Assembly: GCA_964035545.1 (NCBI GenBank)
Contig: CAXIUT010000234.1
Coordinates: 1 to 16,021 of the forward strand
Direction of reading: 5' to 3'
Length of the DNA: 16,021 nucleotides
From: Bugula neritina
Taxonomy: Eukaryota; Animalia; Bryozoa
In this document: positions 10,289-16,021 of the stretch, in pieces
Layout of the letters: each line of letters opens with the position of its first letter
How positions within the stretch are numbered: the first letter of the stretch is position 1
The notes under the pieces: model-generated
Seen by the model: the letters and a program-made list of their open reading frames with translations, nothing else
What the model was told of the DNA's origin: nothing
Database searches by the model: none
Program-made: the position numbers and the translations under genes

Positions 10289-10388
10289 TTGTGATAAATA
10301 TAACCATTATTAGATGTATTTTAGTGATAAATTATTAGTCATAAATGTTAGTATGATCAGTAAGTTATTTATATATGAGGTAGATGTA

Positions 10389-13049
10389 TCATAGTTATGT
10401 AAAGATTCTTTTTCCAACTATTTATTGAAATTTGAAGGTAGGATTTGTCTGGATCATTGGATTGCTTTGGACTGTTAGTTTTCTAATTAATTATTTCTTA
10501 ATTGTCTATTTTTGAAGACTGTAATATGTTTTTCGAAAACTTTAGTTATTTTATAACTTATTAGATCGATTTACTGATTCATCATGAGTTTATGTCTTTA
10601 GTTTACTTCTTTTCTAAAATCCTAAGGTAGTATTTGAGACTTATATTGGATTTATCAAAAAATTAAGATTTATTATTTTGGCTGTAGCATTCGGGTCGAT
10701 TTATTTTGTTGTATGAGGATGAGGAGGAGAAGGAGAACTAGTCATCGTGTAAATCTTCTTTCTAACAAAAGGATTCTTTCTGACTCTTTCAAGAATAGGT
10801 CTTTTTCTTGACTATTATAGAAGTTATTCATCAAGTTAGGTCATAAAAGATCCTCTTTTTATTATTTTCATTCCTTATTTGGGTATCTTTTAAGCTTATT
10901 CAACTACACTTTTGATAGATTTTATTTTTTTTATTAATTTTTTTTAACCATAAACCATAGTCTTGATTTATTGAACATCAATATCATCTTCACTATTCTA
11001 ACTATCTGATTTTCCTTAACTTAGCTCATCATCACTGCAATTGACTCTAGATTTATTCTAATCAGTTATTTATGTGATTAATTAGTTCAAAATAGAATTT
11101 TTCTTTTACATGGGAAGATCAAAATTTAAATTTATGTTAAGCTTTGATTTTTTACCTGCTATATTACTTTTATTTCTGAAAGAAGAAGAATGAGATCTTC
11201 TAGCTATTATATTTTTACTTTTTAAACGATTTTCTCTTTATTTTTTTCTTTTCTAGCGAGTCTATTCTATCTATTTTACTATCATCCAATAATCAAAAAG
11301 AGATTAACATACTTTCTATCCTAATAAAATCCATTTTTAAATAGAAAAAGGCGTTGCTTATTTGACTTATTGATTAAAATAGCTTCCATTTGATGTTTCA
11401 ATAGTATAAACAAAGGGGATATTGAACTATCTAAGCAGCACTGCTCGAGCAGTTGAAGTTTTATATTGACTTACTTTGAAACTACAAGAATAATATCGAA
11501 AAAGTTCTGTTCTTTTCGATAGTAATTTAGGTATTAACCTGCTTTCATAGTATTTGGAGTGAGTAAGAGGGTATTATGGTCCATAAGTAAATGCATTTTT
11601 TTTAACTGTGTGTCCATGAAAATCAAGAAAGAACTAAAATTTCTTCTGATAGATCCATCTGCATTTCTGTAAAAATATTTTCATTTGAGCGACTTAGACA
11701 AACCAACTAGAATCTGGACTAATAAATTATCGATTGAAGTCTCTGCCTGATAATCCTGTTCGATAGTTGCCCATAACTACTCCATCGATATTGAACATGG
11801 GTATTATTTTGAAGATATATTTGTTTCTGAGTTCTTGTGATTCTTGTGAATAGTTGCAAAGCCATTTGATGAATCCTTAAACAACATGAGATCCGTTGGC
11901 TTATCCTGGATGAATGCGACCCATTACGCAAATTAATCTCTTATCACTATAGGTTTTTTAGTGTTTATAGGCATTTTAAGTTTAAAGTACAGAGTTAGTG
12001 ATAGTTAATAGAGGAATTTTGAATCCTCCCAGACTGGTGCAAAGATGTTACTAACTGATGATATTTCTTTATCTATTTTGAGAGACAGTTGTTTTGATAA
12101 ATTACGTTAGATTAGTAAAGCTATAAGGAGCACAGTAGGCTATTTCTAGTGTATCATTTTGATATTCTGTAGATATTTTGAAAGAAAGATTAAATAATTT
12201 ATTTTAGTCATCCATTTATTCTTTACCAAATAAAACTTCAAATGTTTTTGATCTTTTCTTTGTGTATTCGATATTTTATCCTTTTTGTTACCATTTTATT
12301 CCTTAAGATTAGTGCTATTTATGCGAATAAACGTATGGTTTCATTCCTCTGGTGTAAAGAGTTTTTGATTTTTGAAAATTACAGATATTTATCTTATATT
12401 ATGTAAATGCTTTGATATTAGTTATTTTGAAGTAGTACCATTGCAAGTGTCCTCGAGTATTGGCATCTACTCTCATAAAACAATCATATTCGTTCGTATC
12501 TACCTTAGTTATATCATTAATACTTTGAAGACGGCATCTAGGTTGCCACTTTAGAATACTGAGTCGAATTTTATTTATGATTTTTTAGTTTATGGACTCA
12601 TGCCTGTAAACCTGCGATTAGTAAGTGTCACTTTTTGTTATCCCATATAGTTGTAAGGAAATTATACTTTATAGACTTTCCATGCTGAGTAGGTGGTATC
12701 AAAGTGAGGACCGAGATATAGTAGTTCTATTTCTGTTGGTTTAGTTCTATTGTAGGCATTGAGTGCTTATGCGATGAGATCTTGGTGGAAGGTGAGAGGG
12801 ATGGGTTTGGATAGACTGATTTTAGGCGCCCACCTAGGTAAGAAGGAAGTACCCTGTAACCATATCTGGATGTAGTGAGTATGATTTTTATTTGATTTAC
12901 TGTGGGGGAGGAATGAATTTGATCATTTGTTCTGTGACAACTAATTTATGTTCGATGGTTTCTTCTGTTTCTACTTTGACTAAATCTATTTTATCTTCTT
13001 AGTAGTTTTCAAATCCATCTTCGAAGGCTTGACTGGCGCATCGCTCCAT
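10389..13049 (-). CDS. Cytosolic carboxypeptidase (M14D, CCP/Nna1/AGBL family; tubulin deglutamylase-like), about 873 aa; introns 12504-12523 and 12834-12852
   Basis: Family motifs in order: FDSVFESGNL, NEYDCFMRVDANTRGHLQWYYF, LYTRGMKPYVYS, AYCAPYSF, LCTSLGG, GRIHPGEANGS (zinc HxxE), FKIIPMFNIDGVVMGNYR, GRDFNR, DFHGH..KKN.F.YG, STARAV...YTIETS (catalytic Glu). A long low-complexity C-terminal tail follows. Confidence 0.96.
12504..12523 (-). other. 20-nt spliceosomal intron
   Basis: gtattaatgatataactaag; joins SGNLDAVFK to VDTNEYD. Confidence 0.93.
12834..12852 (-). other. 19-nt spliceosomal intron
   Basis: gtacttccttcttacctag; joins the ATG 13049 frame (HPDMVTG) to WAPKISL. Confidence 0.8.
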
Positions 13050-13131
13050 TGACTATTTATTATTATTATAAAACTTTGAGTATGATTATTTGACAAAGAT
13101 GTTAATTAGATAAATATAAATTGAATGAGTT

Positions 13132-14069
13132 TCATTTTTTAGTTGTTTTCTTTTTGACATTCAATGGGGTTTAATGTTCTTTTGATGATAGTATTTTGTG
13201 GTTGTCTGTTGCCCAAATTTGTGAATTTTAAAACATGTTTAAATTTTATTATACGATGTTGATGTATTCTTGGCAGTGGAGAATTCCTCTTAATATCTAT
13301 TGTAATTTGACTTTGCTGCTAGGATTTATCGTTTAGGCATCTCTGAAAAAGTTCTATATATTCTATTCTGTGACAAAGATTAGATTGTTGTGTTGTTGGT
13401 TGAATAGTTATTTTTATTTCATGATGTTTAGGAGTGTTTGTACTAAGACTGAGAAGGGAGGTTTGCTGAACTATTTATTATTTTTTATTTATTCCTTTAC
13501 TATTATTTTATAGATTTGTAAAAAATCTATTTATTCTTCTTGCTAGAAATATGAAGATAGGGTTTATATATATTCTGTATAAACCATAAATAGATAGATA
13601 GCTTGTTGTATTTTTTTAGGTTGTAAGGTTTTATACATTTGCTGTGAATCTTATTTAGGCAAAAGAAGAGAAACTGACTTTTGTATAAACTATTTAGGGA
13701 AATCACTGCATAGCAAACGAGATAGTTGATAGTAATCGAGTCCATTTCTTTGACTTTGGTCTATTTCGAATATTTTTATAAAGTTATAGAGGAAACATAT
13801 TTTGCAAATGGTTGATTTGCTGAATGATCCATAAGATTTAAGTAGAACATTTTATCCTTTGTTGCACTGATTGAGATATTATGATAGAACTTGATTTCCA
13901 CTGATTCCATTCTAAATGCTTATCAATAAAATACCTTTTTAAGTAATATTTTTGTTGCTTCTGATAGCAGCTAGTATAAATGTACCGCTTATGCGTAGTC
14001 ATGGTATGAATTCAGGTTGCGAGAGAGGCTAGGTTTGCCTACGTAGATAGCGTTTATTTATTTTTTCAT
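13132..14069 (-). CDS. CSTPP1: CSTPP1/C11orf49 (UPF0705)-like tubulin polyglutamylase complex regulator, about 304 aa; intron 13912-13934
   Basis: LSEATKILLKK...VLSEYLNQCNKGENVLLKSY...CFLYNFIKIF...LDYYQLSRLLCSDFPKEFIQKS...IYLFMVYTEYIE matches my recollection of C11orf49 (EYF.SV..G.HIL.RE; EYH.LL.LLCPDFP.EL.QK; FYYSEF). Needs HMM confirmation. Confidence 0.75.
13912..13934 (-). other. 23-nt spliceosomal intron
   Basis: gtattttattgataagcatttag; contains an in-frame TGA, and removal restores the homologous frame. Confidence 0.85.
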
Positions 14070-14090
14070 AATTTAAATTATAAGGGTTAA

Positions 14091-15864
14091 TCATTTGATT
14101 GAGATGTAGACCTTTACATGATCTGATTATTCAGTGTAGTCTAATCTGTTCTAGCGACACCATTGGGATACTGTTGGCTTTAAAATGCTTCTGTTTCCTC
14201 TAGAGTGGATTCCCTTGCCAGTCATTACGATCAAATTGGCTGTCCTTTTGCCTCGTACAGTTCGGATCTTCACTTTTTCATTACCTTTCTAGATTAATAG
14301 ATACCCATGTTGGCTTCTGAACAGATCATTCTTTGGATGGAGTCCATGAGTTAGCTGATTTATTGTTCTCTCCAGCCGTGGAGATCGACATAGAGAGGAT
14401 CATTTTTTATCATATTTTGGATTATTTTGATCCTAGAGGCTGCTGATAGCTTTTCAATAAAAGGTTCATTTATACTAAATAAGTTTAAATGTACTTGCTT
14501 ATGCGATCAAGTTCTTTTCTTTGGTTATTACTTTTTATTTTCATTTTAGTGAGTTGAAAAGCTTGTCTTAGTTTGTAAAGATGATCGATTTAATCTCTAA
14601 GTTGATCTAGAGATAAATGTTTGAGTTCTTCATCGATTTATTCTTATTTTCTATGTCCATTATGATGTTTTTTATGACTGCTGATGGTTTATGATTTATG
14701 TACAGTTCTTATTTATTTAATAACTTTTTGTTTTCTTTTAGATTCGTAGTGTTTCTGATTTATATGATTATTACAAGTAAAAATTATCGAGATCTGTTGT
14801 AGTCTCCTGCTAGAGCTTTATATATAAATTTTAAATCGATAATAGGGACATCTTCAAATTATTTATGCAGACTGATAAGATCTTTTTATGAGTTATACTT
14901 GTTATCAACATTGAAAATGGAAACTTAGTTGTTTTTTTATCTGGCAAATTTAGGAAGAATGCTTTTAGATGGTGTAAATAGATGTTATTTTTCTTTTTTT
15001 ACTTGATTTTATTGTTTGATTCGATCGATTATACTCTTTTGTTAGGTATATCCATCACCTATATCTATATTATGATGTACCTAGGGAGGGATAGTCTTCT
15101 TAGAGTTGTTTTTACTGTTTGACTTGTTTATTGATGATTTATTAAACAAATTGTTGGATTTGAGCATACAATGGTGAAGTAGAATCAAATTAAAAGTCAT
15201 CAAAATTACTTAATTCTTATCTGAAACCAACGATAAAGGTCTGTTTAATAGTGTTACATTAGTCAACAAAGCTATTGATTTCTAGCATTCCTACACCTTG
15301 CTCCTTTTGATCTTATTTTATCATCTAGGCTATTTCTTAAAACAATTCTTCAAATTATCTACCATTTATCTCTTACTTCAAAAGGGTATCGAACACTTCA
15401 CTCATTAGGTTGTTGGCTGTTTATGAAGGAGCTGATGAAGTACTTTTATCTTATGATTTCTTTTTTGGTATTTGTTATATTTATTCTAACTCTTTTTTCC
15501 ATTATTATTCCTCTTAGTTGTCTGGAGGCAATAGTAGTAATTTATGATAGGCAGATTCTTTATCAAAGTTACTTTATTGAAGTTTTTTAAGAATTGTGCC
15601 TTATTTGTAGTCTGAGAGGACTGAACAGAGTTCTTTAAATATTTTTTAATCGTTTTGCTTGTCATGATTGGTCGTTTATTTCACTTTACCTCTAGATTTA
15701 TGTAGTTAGCTAGTTTGCTATATTTATTCTTGGATGTTGTTTGACTCTGGTTGTACTTTTTTTTTGTATTTTTTTCCTTTTTTGTTGGTGGGTTATTCTT
15801 AATCAATTTTTTTGTTTTTCTTTGATACGAGTTGGTTTTCAAATAGAAGTTTATCATCATTCAT
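14091..15864 (-). CDS. CUE/UBA-like + C-terminal Smr domain protein (Cue2/N4BP2/NONU-1-like endonuclease), about 563 aa; introns 14285-14304, 14475-14494, 14755-14774, 15059-15080
   Basis: Smr motifs YVDLHGWREQE and LIVMTGKGIHSRGNRSILKPTVSQWCREN. CUE-like LISLHKEFEDVPIIDLKFIYKALAGDYNRSREFL. UBA-like IFKELCSVLSDYKEGTILKKLQESNFDKESAYHKLL. Also EEDYPSLG. Spliced length of 1692 nt is a multiple of 3. Confidence 0.9.
14285..14304 (-). other. 20-nt spliceosomal intron (skips an internal TAG at nt 16)
   Basis: gtatctattaatctagaaag; only the 20-nt version links DLHG to TGKGIHS in frame. Confidence 0.88.
14475..14494 (-). other. 20-nt spliceosomal intron
   Basis: gtacatttaaacttatttag; frame-restoring. 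Confidence 0.88.
14755..14774 (-). other. 20-nt spliceosomal intron
   Basis: gtaataatcatataaatcag; frame-restoring after the CUE-like domain. Confidence 0.85.
15059..15080 (-). other. 22-nt spliceosomal intron (a 16-nt version ending at 15065 is also in frame)
   Basis: gtacatcataatatagatatag; gives EEDYPSLG-DG. Confidence 0.78.
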
Positions 15865-15938
15865 AATTCAAGTTTAATTATATCGATATTTCAACTATTA
15901 ATATTTAAATCAATATTCTTATACATAGAACAATAGAA

Positions 15939-16021
15939 GGGGTTGGGGTTGGGGTTGGGGTTGGGGTTGGGGTTGGGGTTGGGGTTGGGGTTGGGGTTGG
16001 GGTTGGGGTTGGGGTTGGGGG
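15939..16021. repeat. Right telomere, (TTGGGG)n
   Basis: GGGGTT tandem array to the end of the window, oriented as the complement of the left array. Confidence 0.99.

Noticed and set aside
11719-12554. Track ORFs 11719-11931 (minus) and 12372-12554 (plus)
   Set aside because: Wrong-frame and antisense shadows of the carboxypeptidase, whose motifs are in another frame.
13527-13745. Track ORF, 72 aa, minus
   Set aside because: Out-of-frame shadow inside the CSTPP1-like gene.
212-15864. Standard ciliate code (TAR=Gln) or split code (TAA=Lys, TAG=Glu)
   Set aside because: TAA occupies the invariant Glu of HPGE and FESGNL, which fits neither Gln nor Lys.
71-15938. tRNA, rRNA, transposon or retained IES
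   Set aside because: No cloverleaf, rRNA signature, transposase or terminal inverted repeat was seen; nearly all the sequence is accounted for by coding DNA and tiny introns.

Overview
This window is a complete telomere-to-telomere ciliate macronuclear minichromosome: (CCCCAA)n at 1-70 and (TTGGGG)n at 15939-16021. The supplied ORF track is misleading because the genome does not use the standard code. Hand translation shows TAA and TAG read as glutamate, with TGA as the only stop (peritrich-type code, NCBI table 30), not the usual ciliate Gln code. With that code and 13 tiny GTA...AG introns (19-23 nt, nine of exactly 20 nt), about 11 tightly packed genes emerge. They are a SEP-UBX p97 cofactor, a hypothetical protein, an RCC1-repeat protein, an RPAP1-like protein, an EF-hand-like gene with unexplained frame breaks, two small coiled-coil proteins, the Rieske Fe-S protein, a cytosolic carboxypeptidase (tubulin deglutamylase family), a CSTPP1/C11orf49-like protein and a CUE/Smr endonuclease-like protein. 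Leads worth checking are: a motif shared by both subtelomeres, adjacent tubulin-glutamylation genes, length-ruled splicing, 21-33 nt gene spacers, a UGA-U stop context, and a 40-bp triplication that puts the same stop-bearing tail in all three frames. All translation was by hand, and family assignments come from remembered motifs rather than database searches.
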